A DNA stretch of 63,927 nt, counting the filler, from Octopus bimaculoides (lineage: Eukaryota): NCBI RefSeq assembly GCF_001194135.2. It is 6 parts of 6 records of this genome, joined end to end, with 100 filler letters (N's around TTAATTAATTAA, not from the genome) between each part and the next. Parts side by side here need not be neighbours in the genome. Positions count along the whole stretch, not along the records: positions 15,384 to 45,291 come from NC_068985.1; positions 45,392 to 56,430 come from NW_026413603.1; 4 more parts are not named here. One strand, written 5' to 3'. The notes under the pieces are model-generated. The model saw nothing but the letters and a program-made list of their open reading frames with translations. It was not told the origin of the DNA and made no database searches. The stretch's first letter is position 1; every line of letters begins with the position of its first letter. Made by a program: the position numbers and the translations under genes. Below are positions 38,301 through 52,703 of the stretch, in pieces.

Positions 38301-41300
38301 ACACATGCAAATATGGTCACAAAATTGACACGATGGCGTTATTAACGATGACATACGTGCCACATTAGCTGTGGCCCACAGTTATATACATATAAACGCC
38401 CATTTTTAGATGGTTTGTGTATACACAGAGACATAGAAACGATCTGATGACTTCAAATTCACATCACACGCACAAAACGGATCCATTATCATTTCATAAA
38501 CTTGTACGTGTAAATTATTCATTCGTGGAGGGATTGATCAATACTATGCTCCCGATGATTTCATCGGCCATTTTGATGATTGCATATATCACAAATGGTC
38601 ATAATCGCTGTCTACTTCTTGGAATTATGGTAACATAGCCCGAAAACTAGAGACCGGTCAAGATCATGCTCTAAAAAAAGTTTTAAACAACGAACGTTCT
38701 TTATTACGTTGCGGTGTGACATGGAATGACACTTTCAAAAAAACAAAAAGCGAATTCGTAGATATTTAATATTACTGAAACCGGTATGTCTAACAAACAT
38801 TATTTGAACTAAGCTCCGATTTCTGTTTGAGTTATCAAAAGTCTTTGATTTAATGAACAACTTATGAAAACTTGTTCCTATCATTTTAATTGTTGGTTCT
38901 TCAACATTGGAAAATAATTATTTCTTTATCTGTCGACAGTCATCTAAATATTCTTCAGTAACAAAACTAAAATTGATCTTAGATCTAACTTTATTGATCT
39001 ATATTTCATTGTATTCCATCTATATTTTAAGAATAATTAAACTAATTCCCTAATGGAAGTATAATTTTATCTTGACTCTTTATTGAAGTACTTTCACAGC
39101 AACTGGTTTTTTTAATAATCCCAGTACTTTTGTTATATCAACATTGCAGCATGGCATCTTCTCAATCAAACATTATTTACGTAATTGATGACTCTACGTG
39201 CTAAGTAAGCTTAAAATTGTTGCAGAAAATGGTAAAAATCGTAAATATTGGTGATAGCGACGTTAGAAAAACCTAATTAACCAAATTTATTTAAACTAAA
39301 CTTCATACTTTCTGTTAAATGTAGTCTAACATTCAGAGTTTTCTTTTTTCGGTGCAGCATACATCTTTATAAAGTTCTCTCCATCTGTTCGTTATATCTT
39401 CAGTGTCTCTTTCGACTACCTGAAGACCAATGTCATCTGCTGTCATTCATTCGAATCTACTTTATTTGGTCAAATACTTCAATTCGATGCTTTGAAACAT
39501 TGCTTTCTTTAGAATATAGTCATACAAAAATGAGCAGCAGGTCATGAATGGAACGGATCTCATCATAGCTTGATAAGAGACGAACTAAGGTTAAACAACT
39601 CCTACATTATCCCTAGGGAACTAGAAGGTTCATAACCACCTTTGTGGTACTGTTTCTTTGAGGAAGTTAAATAATGGAAATGGAATAAAACTGGATTGCA
39701 CCACCATTTATAATAATGGTAAAAGTGGAAAAAGCCTGTCACCCGTCTCAGTTGTTCAGACAGGTAAAATATCTTGTTGGAAATAGGGTCTTCGAAGAGG
39801 AACCCTTTTTAAGGAACCCTTTTTGAATCGTCAAACTGCATCTACTCAGGTTATTTTAGCATGGACAAAAGACAGAAGCAGTGTCAATCAGCCAGAATAA
39901 AATAGCCGGGAGCATTACTGAAATCTTTCTTTGTGTATTTCCACTTAATTATGCCATATCTACAGAAGTGTTTATACTGGTTATTTACACCAAACGTGAA
40001 AATCAGTTTTCACTGTTGCAAAACCTACCTGAGCAACTTCAGAGTCTTAAAGTAAAGCTATCAAACGCTAGATTTGCTTGCAGGGCTCTAGTTCTTCAGA
40101 ACCACCAAGGTGGAAATGTTAGGAACATTAGTTACTTTTTCAGAATTGATGTTCTTTGATGCGTTCAAAAGCTGTTTTTCCTTCGCAGTAACAGGAAAAT
40201 GGCCCCACTCAGTACACGTGATCTATACAATGTAAAACAAGCCTTCGTTATTTACGACAAAGCAAATACGTCGAACATTAACTGAAGGATCACGTGATAA
40301 ATTAAAGTAGAATATCACTTGTATTTTATCATAAGAAAAAACATTTTGATACAGGCTTCGAGACTTCGGCACGATTTCTACGGAGCTGAAATTTTTAATT
40401 TATTGTGCAGAAGTTGAATGTTGATTGTGAGTGACTTTAGGCAGATAAACAGTTTCTGAAACAACTTTAGAATATCTGCGTACACAGCAAAGGAATCGTT
40501 CCATGTATGACAATATTTTACAGCGTATCACCCCTCGAACTTTGTAATATAACTTTAACTGGTCACGAATTATTCAAAAATCAAACTTTGCTTTCTTAAG
40601 CAAAAGTCAAGAAATAGTACATACGAAGCTCATTTAACACTACGTTTGTAATAATTGATAAAAGAAAATTCGTACATAGAAATTGAAGATAATTTAGATT
40701 GGAAAATACCATTACGTTTGTCATTGAACAATCTTAACTAATGGTAAAATATGAAATCCATTCGAATTACTCAAATTGTTTTGCCGCTCACTTCATCTTA
40801 CAGCCCTTGGCTATAATTTTGCTCATTGTATAGCCTTGACTAATCTTTAGGGTTTTAATGCAGCTACAAGAAATAGGTAGCAAATTTGTTCATTTGTACA
40901 CTATGCGATTGTTAAAATGGCCACTGAGTGCGGGAGCACAAATTTGATTAATCCGTCTATCTAAATGCTTTGAGTGTGTGTAAAAATTAAACTTACGAAA
41001 TATTTCTTGTGTGTTTGTACGTTTGGTTGTTTCGAAGCACAAATAATCTATACATGAACGTATGTATAAATGTGTGTTTAGGAACAGCTATGCAATTTCT
41101 GCGTGGGTAAGCTTGCTTATGACGTTAGAACGTCGTTTTTTTATGTCTTCGTGCTCGCTTGTTCTTGAATGCATTATATATTATTCTCCTTTCAGATAAT
41201 CAAGAATTTGCTCATAGAATAGTATAGAAGAAATATTTTATTGGTTTAAGACAATTGAACCTCAGTGAGAAGACCAATGCACAGTACGGCCTTTTGTCTT

Positions 41301-41791
41301 TGTAACTAGCGTCGGAAAAACAGGAATATTGGTAAAAGGTGAAACTGCTGATTCATTAGTTTGCAGAAATGCACACTGTGTTGTTTGTTAACATTCTTGA
41401 ATCGGTCTATGCTGACTGCTTCTCTGTTTCCATTCACATCAAGGATGAAATACTTGACTGTTGTTCGTAACACTTTAAAATAACCAGAATAGAATCGTGG
41501 AAAAGGCTTCAGAAGGACATCCTTATTTAGAAAAATGCATGGTCATTGTTGGATGTCACTCGGAACATGAACCACAGTAAGTTGAGATCGAGGAGATGAT
41601 TACAATAAGCGTCATGTTTGTTCATAGTCGCTGCACGTAGTGTGCTGTGTCAGAAATTTCTTGTGAGGGAATAAGTTTAACCTTTTGATCAGATAAAGTT
41701 AACAAAGTACCTTAAACCATGTTGGTCTAAAATCACTCACCAACAATATTCAGCTTCTGCATAGTAAGTTCAAAATTTCAACTCAGTAATT

Positions 41792-42004
41792 CTTTTCTAC
41801 TCTAAGCACAAGGCCCTAAATTTTGGGGGAGGGAGCCAGTCGATTAGATCGACTCCAGTATGCAACTGGTATTTAATTTATCGACTCCGAAAGGACGAAA
41901 GGCAAAGTCGACCTCGGCGGAATTTGAACTCAGAACGTAAAGACAGACGAAATACCGCTAAGCATTTCGACCGGCGTGCTAACGTTTCTGCCAGCTCGCC
42001 GCTT
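41792..42004 (-). mobile_element. Family A SINE, near consensus
   Basis: Full head, body and tail. Confidence 0.9.
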
Positions 42005-43315
42005 TTTCAACTCAGTAATTATCGTGCGGAATCCTGGAAGCCTGGTATCAAAATTTTGTCTTACAATGAAATCAAAGTGATATTCTACTTTAATATATCT
42101 AAGGATCCTTCAATTTCTTCTTTGATGCTTGATCGAATAGCTGAAAGGACGAGACAGAAACAATTTAATCAACTATTATCCTTAGTGTTCGTTCTGAAAG
42201 CCGATTTTTATTAAGAGAAAAAAATCATTTTTTTTTATTCCAGAGTGCTGGTGGTACATGGTCAGAGTAATCGGCCTCCGATTGTAAGATCGTGTGTTTG
42301 ATACCCGGCAGAGCAAGTTTCTTTATTTCATGTTGTTCCAGTGGGGTTAAGCCGTACTACGAGTTCGCTTGTAATCCAGTAGTCGTGTGAGTTCCGTAAA
42401 AAACTTGTATTCGAATTGGCCTCTTTTGTTGGTCGCTGGTTTGCACTACTGCAAAATCCTGTCACATAGAACTTTAACGAGGGATTCTGCTAAAATGACG
42501 TACAGAGTTAAGTCTTTAGACCATCTAGAGAAACGGACTACGCATGTAACAGGTATGTATAGTTTTGAGCAGGCGGTAATGTTCCAACGATCTCAATGCA
42601 AATGGGTTCAAAGCCGGCATCCGGTGTTACGAAACTACCGAGAGGTGCTTTAAAATGACAGCGAATTTTACATTTTTGATGACGATGCATTTTCTCAAGC
42701 CTATTCACTAACACCTTTGTTGGTATCAGATAACATGTGATAAAGATTTCAGTGTACTAAAACCTGCACGCTGATACTTCAGTGCAAAGAAAGTGTGGTG
42801 CTGACCAGTAAAAATAACACACCGAAGGATAAGAGCTAACTAAAAGGACAAAGACGAATTCCGTGAATTAGTTCCTGGTCGTTTTCCTAGTCAACAGCAA
42901 TTCGTTTAAGCAATCGGGTGAATTGAGTTCATATCTTGTAACGTTACCAATTGCGTTTATATGCCGAATATAATAATCTGTGTACTTTGGGATAAAATTG
43001 AGGCAGCGAAGCTTCCTCGGAAAACAGTGACCCCTTCCATATATCAGGATATAAATCAAAGGTCTATGAAAATAGTAAAGACTTTGTCATCAAGCAATTA
43101 CAATTTATTTTACTTAGTTTTACTTCTTTCAATGTTTTGACTGAGGCCATGCTGGGGCATAACCTTGAATGGTTTAGTCGTACAAATCAACCCCTTTAGT
43201 TATTTTTAAGCCTGCTACATATTCAATAGGTCTCTTTTTGTTGAACTACCATGTTACAGAGACATAAACATGCTAGCAATAGTTGTCAAGCGGTGGCGGA
43301 TCACACACAGACACA

Positions 43316-43462
<147 letters not shown>

Positions 43463-43629
43463 ATAATAAATGGAGCAAAGCGCATATAAACAATAAATTC
43501 CTTTAATTCCTACGTATGTTTCAAAATATATGTGCACTCTACTCCAAAGAAGTAAGAGGTGCTGGAATTGCACATATATTCATCGTCAGGGAACCAACAT
43601 TCAAAAGCAAGACATATGCTAAATGTTAA

Positions 43630-43806
43630 GGTTACGTACAAGTTATAACATTATATAGCTAAGTGACCGTTAGAAACAAGAACGCTGGTTTACACAGAGT
43701 TATTAAGGGAGAGAGGCTCTCTCACTTAATAACTCTGTGTAAACCAACGTTCTTGTTTCTAACAATCACTTACTTAGCTATATAATGTTATAACTCGTAC
43801 GTAACC
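43630..43806. mobile_element. Palindromic MITE with TTAA flanks (Kolobok-like GG...CC termini)
   Basis: TTAA|GGTTACGTAC...GTACGTAACC|TTAA; the arms differ by 5 substitutions and one 4-nt indel, with a 1-3 nt spacer. Confidence 0.75.
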
Positions 43807-44218
43807 TTAACAAAAATTTTCGGGAGGGGTCCAGTCGATTAGATCGACCTCAGTACGCAACTGGTACTTAATTTATCGACTCCGAAATGATGAAAAGCAA
43901 AATCGACCTCAGTGGAAAGGAAATGCTTGTAAGCTTTCTGTCTAACAATCTAACGATTCTGCCAGCTCGTCGCCTTACGACCTGAAAATATTGCCATACG
44001 AAAAGGTCATGCCTGAAAGGGATTTCATTACAGCTTAAAAAAAGAAAAGCTGGGGTTAAGCAACAACATAATAATTATATGAAACTTAGTAGAAACCTAA
44101 ACTGTAAAACGACATGTATCTGTCTTTGTGATTATGGATGTATGTAGCTGTACATATGAAGGAAACGGAAAACAAATAGGAACGTTATAAACAAAAAAGA
44201 CATCCATCAATCTGTTTA

Positions 44219-44582
44219 ATTGTTGGCACTCCGTCGCTTACGACGTCGAGGGTTCCAGTTGATCCGATCAATGGAACAGCCTGCTCGTGAAATTAACGTG
44301 CAAGTGGCCGAGCACTCCACAGACACGTGTACCCTTAACGTAGTTCTCGGGGATAATCAGCGTGACACAGTGTGAAATACAGGTACAACAGAAACCGGAA
44401 GTAAGAGTGAGAGAAAGTTGAGGTGGAAGAGTACAGCAGGGTTCGCCACCATCCCCTGCCGGAGCCTCGTGGAGCTTTAGGTGTTTTCGCTCAATAAACA
44501 CTCACAACGCCCGGTCTGAGAATCGAAACCGCGATCTTATGACCGCGAGTCCGCTGCCCTAACCACTGGGCCATTGCACCTC
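44219..44582 (-). mobile_element. Complete family C SINE (tRNA-like head), long-body variant, with 13-bp TSD
   Basis: TCCATCAATCTGT at 44203-44215 and 44586-44598. Confidence 0.92.
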
Positions 44583-45417
44583 TACTCCATCAATCTGTAC
44601 ATCTATGTAAAATCCCCTTCAAGCAACAAAGTACTCGCTTTCCAAAAAAAAAAAAAATCCTCTGTATGCCAGCATTTTACGGTGTTATTTGAACGTGTCT
44701 ATTTCTTATTTAATCCTAGTTTGAGCAGCCTCGACGAGACTGCATCGCTGACACTCCTTTCTCCCGACTTAGCAGCTAAGAAGGATTCATAGCTTGAATA
44801 TTTGACAGGATGTTCATAGCTAGGAATATAAATATATATATATATATCAGGGGCGGACCCATGGGAGGGGGCTGAGGGACATGTGCACTCCTCAAAAAAC
44901 GAAGTACACCCATCTAAATATTTATATGTAAAATAGCAAACTGAGGAAAAGAAATTCTTCAAAGGGGTGGTGGTAAACATCCAATTCACTGGTACAGCAG
45001 TTGGATACCGTATAAATATTTAATCATAGTTTGAGCAGCCTCGATGAGACTGGAAAGGACACTGACACTCCTTTCTCCAGACTCAACAACTAGGAAGGAT
45101 TCATAGCTTGAATATCTGGCAGGACGTTCATGGCTAGGAATGTAAAGATATATATATATATATATAGAAGAGCTTTGCTCGAAACGTTAACCATCTTTCT
45201 TTCTTTCCCTGAGCGTCTACTATTAGTTTACATGTATCACGTCCTCGCGTTGTTGTTTTTTGTGTTTGTTCTTCGTTTTGGGGATATATATNNNNNNNNN
45301 NNNNNNNNNNNNNNNNNNNNNNNNNNNNNNNNNNNTTAATTAATTAANNNNNNNNNNNNNNNNNNNNNNNNNNNNNNNNNNNNNNNNNNNNCAAACATAT
45401 ATATACATATATATATG

Positions 45418-45575
45418 ATAGGCTTCTTTCAGTTTCCATCTGCCAAATCCACCCACAAGGCTTTGGTCAGCCTGAGGCTATAGTAGAAAACACTTGCCCA
45501 AGGTGCTACACAGTGGGACTGAACCTGGAACCATGTGGTTGGGAAGCAAGCTACTTACCACACAGCCACTCCTAC
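45418..45575 (-). mobile_element. Family B SINE, CpG-decayed
   Basis: Consensus body with CG to TG/CA changes; further copies or fragments at ~48370-48545, 48950-49060, 49928-50080 and 50338-51025. Confidence 0.85.
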
Positions 45576-45719
45576 ACCTATATATATGTAAGTATATATT
45601 TTAGATGGACACCTGTTTCTGCCTATCTGTCTCTCTGTCACACTCTAACTTTTCATCCTCCGACAAGTTTCCCTCCTCAAATGCTCCTGCCCCTCTCAAA
45701 ATTCCTTGTCTAGCAAGTT

Positions 45720-46030
45720 ACTAGGTGACCCTTCCAGTGCTGATGCCACATAAAAAGCATCCTGTCCCTACTGTAAAGTGGTTGGCATTCAGAAGGGCAT
45801 CGAGCTGTAAAAATCATGCCAAAACTAACCTCACCTGTACTGGTGCCATGTAAAAAGCACAGGGTTCACTCTGTGGAGTGCTTGGTAATTAGGAAGGGCA
45901 TTCAGCTGTAAAACCATGCCAAAACAGACAGAAGTTGCCTAAGGTAGTCTTCTACCTGGCTGACTCCTGTCAACCATCTTACCCATGCATGCATGGAAGA
46001 TGGATGTTAAGCGGTGATGATGATGATGAT
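45720..46030 (+). mobile_element. RTE LINE 3' UTR fragment with (GAT)n tail
   Basis: GGTTGGCATT.GGAAGGGCAT.CAGCTGTAAAA twice, then CCCATGC.GCATGGAA...GATGATGAT; related copies at 48550-48780 (-), 55095-55272 and 56185-56395. Confidence 0.75.
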
Positions 46031-49000
46031 ATAATAGATGGTGAAATATTTCCTCTGTTCGCTGTAATTTCATAGAATGTTGAATTTAGCCTAGTTAGTC
46101 TATGTCTCAAGTGATGCTGAGCTGAAGATTCCAAGGGAGAGTGAAATGGTACCATACATGACTACCAAAAACTAAAAACTTTAAGAACTTTATCATATGT
46201 AAGACGAAAAAAGTTAAAAATTAAATTTGCATGTTCTTTAATTTAACCTAGATGTGATTCTCTCTCTCCCCGTTAATGGTAAATTCACCAGAAGCAAAGC
46301 ATCTGGTGAAAAGGATACTGTCATAGCTTGAGTTGGATTGTTTACATGGATTTAATAAGATTGATGATGATCACAAAGGTGATGATGTTGATGGTGATGG
46401 TGGTAGTGGTGGTAGAATTGGTGATGCTGGAATTGATGTTAGTGCTTTGTGGAAGTGCTGTAGTCAGAATGGTAGACATAGTGACTTTGGATATGGCGTT
46501 AGCCATGATGAAGGTGTAGTAGTAGTAACAGTAGTAGTGGTGGTGGTGATGGTGTTGGCAGTGATTTGAAAACGTGCTGTACCTGACATATGGTTATAGC
46601 AGATTCGATATTGTTTACATAGGTATTACTATTGTGGTAAGGTAGCATTCAACACCTGAGTGGTTGCTGTAAAGCTTGAACTGGTGAACTTCTGGACAAC
46701 AGACAACATTATGTGAAGAAGATTTACTCAAGTGCTGGCAATGGTGGCCATGGTTGTGATGTCGGTGACGGTGGCAGCAGTGGTGGTGAGGAGAAGTAGT
46801 TAAGGTAACGATGATAATGATAAAGATGATAATGATGATGGCGACAACAAAGATGAAGATAATGATGAAAGTGAGGATTGTGGTGATAGTGGTAAAGATA
46901 ATCGTGGTGATGACGATGATGACGATGATGCTTCTACTGCTGCTGCTGCTGGTGCTGGTGATGACGACAGCGATGACGATAACAATGAAAAATGATACTG
47001 TTGATGATAGGGTTTTCAAAGAAAAACAAAATTAAATATGTTCTTTTATGTAGCATCTAGGTTTTCTGCGAGAAAGCCAAGATATTCTGTTTGAATCTTT
47101 ATCAAAATGCGAGGTGATGCAAAGATTTCAATGTGCGCATGTACAGATGTGTGTGGGAAGCAGGGATTTGTTAAACTTGTATGTTTTCACCTACAGAGAT
47201 ATTCCATAGACTTCCATAATAGTAGTAGTAATAGTATTAATAGTTGTAGTAGCAGCAGTTGATGTAGTAATAGCAGCAGCAATGACAGCAGCTTTATTGT
47301 ACTGAAATGCGCAAACAAGTTCCTATTCTGTGCAATATAAGCTGTATATAGTGGAAACATTTAAGATTCTTGGAAATTTCAGAATTTAAAACTAGAGCCA
47401 CATCTTGGATATCATTGAATGCAAAATATGTTGTCACCAAGTGATAATTTCCCTGGAAATGAAGTAGTTGTTATAAAGCAATGCTCTGCAACACTTCTGT
47501 CTTTTTTTTTTTTCAATGTAAACTCCTATGTTGTAGTAGTAGTAGTAGTTACAGTAATATTCTGGAAAGCTCAGACTCAACAGCAACAAACTAGGTTTTG
47601 AAATCATATGAGCGTGCAAAGATAATTAAGACAGGAAAAAAAAAAAAAACGAAGTAAAATAGATATATTTTTAAAAAAGAAATTTTTTGGAAGATGTGAT
47701 GGAATTCACAATATAAAAATAAAAAAAAGCAAAATGGAGAAAAATGAATATTTTCAAAGAGAAATCAAATGACTTAACATGTACTGGGGTAAAAAGAAAA
47801 AAAAAATAGAAAAAGAAATTATAAATTTGGATAAAAACCTTACAAGCAAATGATTGAAAATATTTGATATGTTCAGTTTTGCAATTTCTTAATAAGGAAA
47901 CCAAGATTAAAGACAATGTGCACCTGTCCCAAGGTCATAAGACAGTAGTAGTAGAAGTAGTAGTAGGTTAGTAAAGTTTTGAATTTGTGATCAATCATTC
48001 GTGAAACACATTATCCAGCACAATTCTGTGTCTATATAGTTCCAGTTTTATTGTCACTTTGATAACATTAATAAATTAGTCAGGAATCACTGAATAACTT
48101 AACCCACAGAAAAAAAGGACAAAGAGTGTGGGGTAAAGGAAAAGGAAGAAGAAACAATGGATGTTGAGTTGGAGGAAATGATTTCGAAGTTTCTCAGCCA
48201 ACATGACCAATTGAGATAAACCAAAAATTGACTCTTGGCTATAACATTCTATTTTATTTTAAGATTATTCCAATGGGGTGCACCTGGTATTTCATAATTT
48301 TCTGTGGGAAATATTCTTTAGATTTTGCCAGTAGTACATGTTGTGTTGTTACCTTCATAGCTCTTGTCTTTTATCTTTTACTTGTTTTGGTCATTGGACT
48401 GCAGCCATACTGGGGCGCCACCTGGAAGAATTCTAGTTGAATCTGATTGTCTCCAGTAATTCTTTTATTTAAAAGTCAGGTATTTATTCTATTGGTAAAC
48501 ATGCCAACTTTGGTTATCAAGCAATGGTGGAGGAATGAGCAAAGACACAGACAACACATATAAATCATCACCATGACCATCAACATTGAATGTCTATTTT
48601 CCATGCTGGGATGAGTTGGATGGCTTGAACTTGCAAGGCCAATGTCCACAGCAGGTTCCATAGTCTGTATTGGCTTGGTTTCTACAGTTGGATGCTCTCC
48701 CTAATACCCACCACTTTACAGTGTACTGGGTGCTTTTTACGTGGCATCATCATCAGTGATTTTTATGTGACACCAGCACAGTAAATTTTATGTTATATCA
48801 GCACCCACACCATTGGTTTTTACATGGCACCTTGGTTTTAGGATATCAATTCTGTTGTCGTGGGTGGGTTTTCTCAAGTCCATCAATGTGCCTCATATCT
48901 CTGTCCTCAGACACCTCCTTCATAAGGCTTATATATACACATACAGTGAGCTTTTTCACTTTCCATCTTCCAAACCCACTCACAAGGCTTTGGTCAACCT

Positions 49001-50760
49001 AAGGCTACACACTGGGACTGGGTGAGAAGCAAAATTTTTACCACACAGTCACATCTGCACCTATGACTTATTGTATGATATATTCATGGGTATTTTACAT
49101 TGTAACGAATATATCAGAAAGTAAACTATTTTGTCACTGCAGCATCTTTCTGAATTACCCCATGACTCAGAACTACACCATGTCAGCGATTGCCAAAATA
49201 GAACATGATAAATAAAAGAGCAACAGCAACAACGACAATAATGGTAAACTTTTATTTGCCATAAAGGTGATAAAGACACCATAATACAATTAAAATTAAA
49301 TTAATCCAATGGTTAATTAGAATAATTCACATTAAAAAAAATGGGTAATAGCACCCCCTACATGCAAACACAAAATACAAATAATATAGATAAAATATAC
49401 AATGGTCCTGTATAAATGATTTTGATTAAGGCACAAAGCCAGCTATTTTGAGGCGAGGGGGAATAAGTTGATACCACCGACCCCAGTAAATGGAGTAGAA
49501 TTTGAATCCAGAATGTAAAACATTGGTACAGTTGGAGCAAAGATCGCTTGCCAACATAACATTGCAGTCCCGTTTTAGGATGAATGTTGCTGTAATTCAA
49601 CCCCAGGAGACATCGTCTCCAGCTGGCTATACTACACGATTTGTGTCATTATACTTTCGAACAAGGGAATCTAGCAACCCAGCTTAGCTGAAGATGGCAC
49701 TGTATTTAAATTGATGTAATGATTGCATTATTCAATTAAATGGAGCCACTTGAAATGGACGTATTGCACTAATACTTGACCTCCTGTTCTTATTTTGATT
49801 TTATTCATGTCACTTCAAGCTGTGCAGATAATACCAGACTTACTTGGTGCCTCAACTCATGTACCCAATTCAACTGAATCTTAATTATTTCATATATATA
49901 TATATATATATTTATGTGTATATACGACATGCTTCTTTCAGTTTCCACCTACCAAATCCACTCACAAGGCTTTGGTTGGCCTACAGCCATAGCAGAAGAC
50001 ACTTACTCAAAGTGCCACACAGTGGGACTGAACTAGGAACCATGTGGTTGGGAAGTAAGCTTTTTCTCACACAGTCATTCTTGTGTCTAATAATAATGGT
50101 AATTGCTTCTAACATAGGCACAAAATCATGACCAAAAATTTTGGGTAGAGAAGTACACTCAATTAAATATCTAACCGGTGCTTTTTCAACTGAAAAATTC
50201 TTGTGTTCTGTGCCAAGAAAATAGAAAAGAAACTTAATAAACTCTTAAACACACCTTTGCTCTCTATGAACGAATAGTCGATACAGAGTTTGCTTCTATA
50301 TAATTCTTTCCTCACCATTGTTTTGGACACATTTAAAAAGCAACATGGCTGGGTGGTAAGAAGTTTGTTTCTCAACCACATTGTTCTGGGTTCAGTCTCA
50401 TTGTATGACACCTTGGGCAAGTGTCTTCTACTATAGCGCTCATCCAACCGAAGCCATATGAGTGGATTTGGTAGATGGAAACTGAAAGAAACCCGTTGTA
50501 TAAATATATATGTTCAGCCAAAATGTGGGAGTGGAGCAGGTAAAATTCAGGCTACATATGTTTCTTAGCTAGCAGATCTTCTGATGTAATAATTTTTCAG
50601 TGAGGGATACTTGGCTAGCTATTCATCAGGCTGAAGACACCTTGATTATATGAAGGTTACATTGTTATTAAGGAATCCCAAGTTAACTCACTAAAGATAT
50701 AATTTGAAAAAAACTGCTCAAAGCTCACAGACTTCCTACACTTAGATTCTTGAACCTTAT

Positions 50761-50814
<54 letters not shown>

Positions 50815-51579
50815 CATCATCACTTGACAACTGGTGTTGGTGTGTTTAAGTCTCTGTAACCTAGCAGCTCAGCAAAAGAGACTGATAGAATAAGTAACAG
50901 GTTAAAAAGAAAAAAAAATAATTACTAGGGTTGATTCATTCAACTAAAAACTTTTCAAGGTGGTGCCCCAGCATGGCCACAGTCTAATGACAGAAAGAAG
51001 TAAAAGATGAAAGTAAAAAAGATAAAAATTCATCCACCAATTCTCACTCCTAATAGTCAGGGGTGGAACCCTTTCTCCACCCGAAAAAAACAAAAAACAG
51101 ATTTAATTGACCCCCAGTTCTTGAAAGACACTTTGTTAATCCCAGAAGCATAAAAGGCAATCATGACCTCCTGTGAGATTTGAACTCTGAACATACAGAG
51201 CCAAAACTATTTATTGTCAGGTATTATATCTGACACACTACCGACCATGCCAACCCATTACCCTATATTAACAATAAATATAGAAATAATATCAATAACA
51301 CAAGAATAAAACCAAAGTAAATCAAACTTTCGGAAGTGGACAGATAATATTTCAATGTGTGAAACTGACAGATTAATGGTTCACGGACAATTCACCACAG
51401 ATGATGGTTCAGTAAGTATCATCACTCTCATTATCATCATCACCAGTGTACTTTAAGTAGACAGTCATTATATTGTCGTTAGTACATCTTGGAGAGTATT
51501 AATCGGGTATGGCTGTACACATGGGTGTATTTCTGCATATTCATACCTTCTCACCTGTTCATACAGTTTCCTGTGTGAA

Positions 51580-51621
<42 letters not shown>

Positions 51622-51678
51622 TATATATATATATATATCTAAACACACATACATGTATATGTGTGTGTATATATATAA

Positions 51679-51722
<44 letters not shown>

Positions 51723-52612
51723 CCATCTATATATGTATATATATATATATATATGCAAAATTTAAATACATGCATTTACATATGAGCATGTTCATATTGG
51801 TGTGCTACTGTTTAATTACACAAGCACAACACACATACATACATATGCACATACATGTGTAGTCAAATGTACAAACATTCAAACCAAGTAAAAACAGATG
51901 AGTTTTGTCAGTTTAAATTATAAATATTCCAGTATTTCAATCGACTCATTGTATTCTCACATGTAGTTGAGTATTCCAAAGACACATACCTTTAATGTAA
52001 TCCTTAGGTAGAATTATCATAACAGATTGTGTGACAAAGCCAGCCCTTTCTATAACAGATACAGTCTATCAAATACAGGAATCCTGTTTCTATATATCCA
52101 GTTTTACCCACAAGTCTCCGGTTGACTTAAGGCTATTTTAAAAGATGCTTGACTGAGATGCCTTGCAGTGAAATTGAAACAGTGACCTTATAATTGCAAA
52201 GCAAATTTCTTGAATGCTCATGCCTAGCTGTATGTAGCTCTAAACACAAAAACATCTACAATAAATGTATTAAGTATGAGAGACAAAGAGCAGCTTAGAA
52301 AAGAAAAAGGAAGAGGTGTAGATAGGTGGAAGAGCTGGATTAGTCCTAGTTTCATCTCTGTCTATGTGAATACCTATTGGTATGAATATATGATATTATT
52401 CCTGAATTCCGGTTGACTAACAACAGAAAAGAATGCAGCGATTTGAATTATTTTTTGCAATATCTTTAGATGAAGGTGATGATTAATGAGGATTAATAAA
52501 GATAAAAGAACAATAATGACAATGACAAATGATCGAAGCAGTTTATTTTTGACGATTGTTTGAAAGCTGTTGCTGAGCTAGATATTTTTTGTCGTTATCA
52601 GATACATCACTG

Positions 52613-52703
52613 TCAATGTGATATTGTATAGTGGTATGTTGTATTGCAGCTGAGTGGTGCTAAATGGACATTTTCTTGGTGTTGCAGATCAGCTTCACTT
52701 AAC
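52613..52703 (-). CDS. Candidate terminal coding exon (R)LSEADLQHQENVHLAPLSCNTTYHYTISH*
   Basis: Acceptor GTCTTTTTTACAG|G; open only in phase 2; AATAAA about 65 nt after the stop; product not recognised. Confidence 0.3.

Noticed and set aside
46328-47035. His/Ser/Ile-rich ORFs
   Set aside because: GAT/GGT/AGT repeat mosaic, open on both strands, with no splice or homology support.
47064-47262. Possible two plus-strand mini-exons (HLGFLRESQDILFESLSKCE / RYSIDFHN...)
   Set aside because: Short, weak GTGATG donor, the second runs into a microsatellite, and no recognisable product.
49838-49875. LNWVHELRHQ followed by GTAAGT, Rab-like
   Set aside because: Ten residues, poor acceptor, and no other GTPase motifs nearby.
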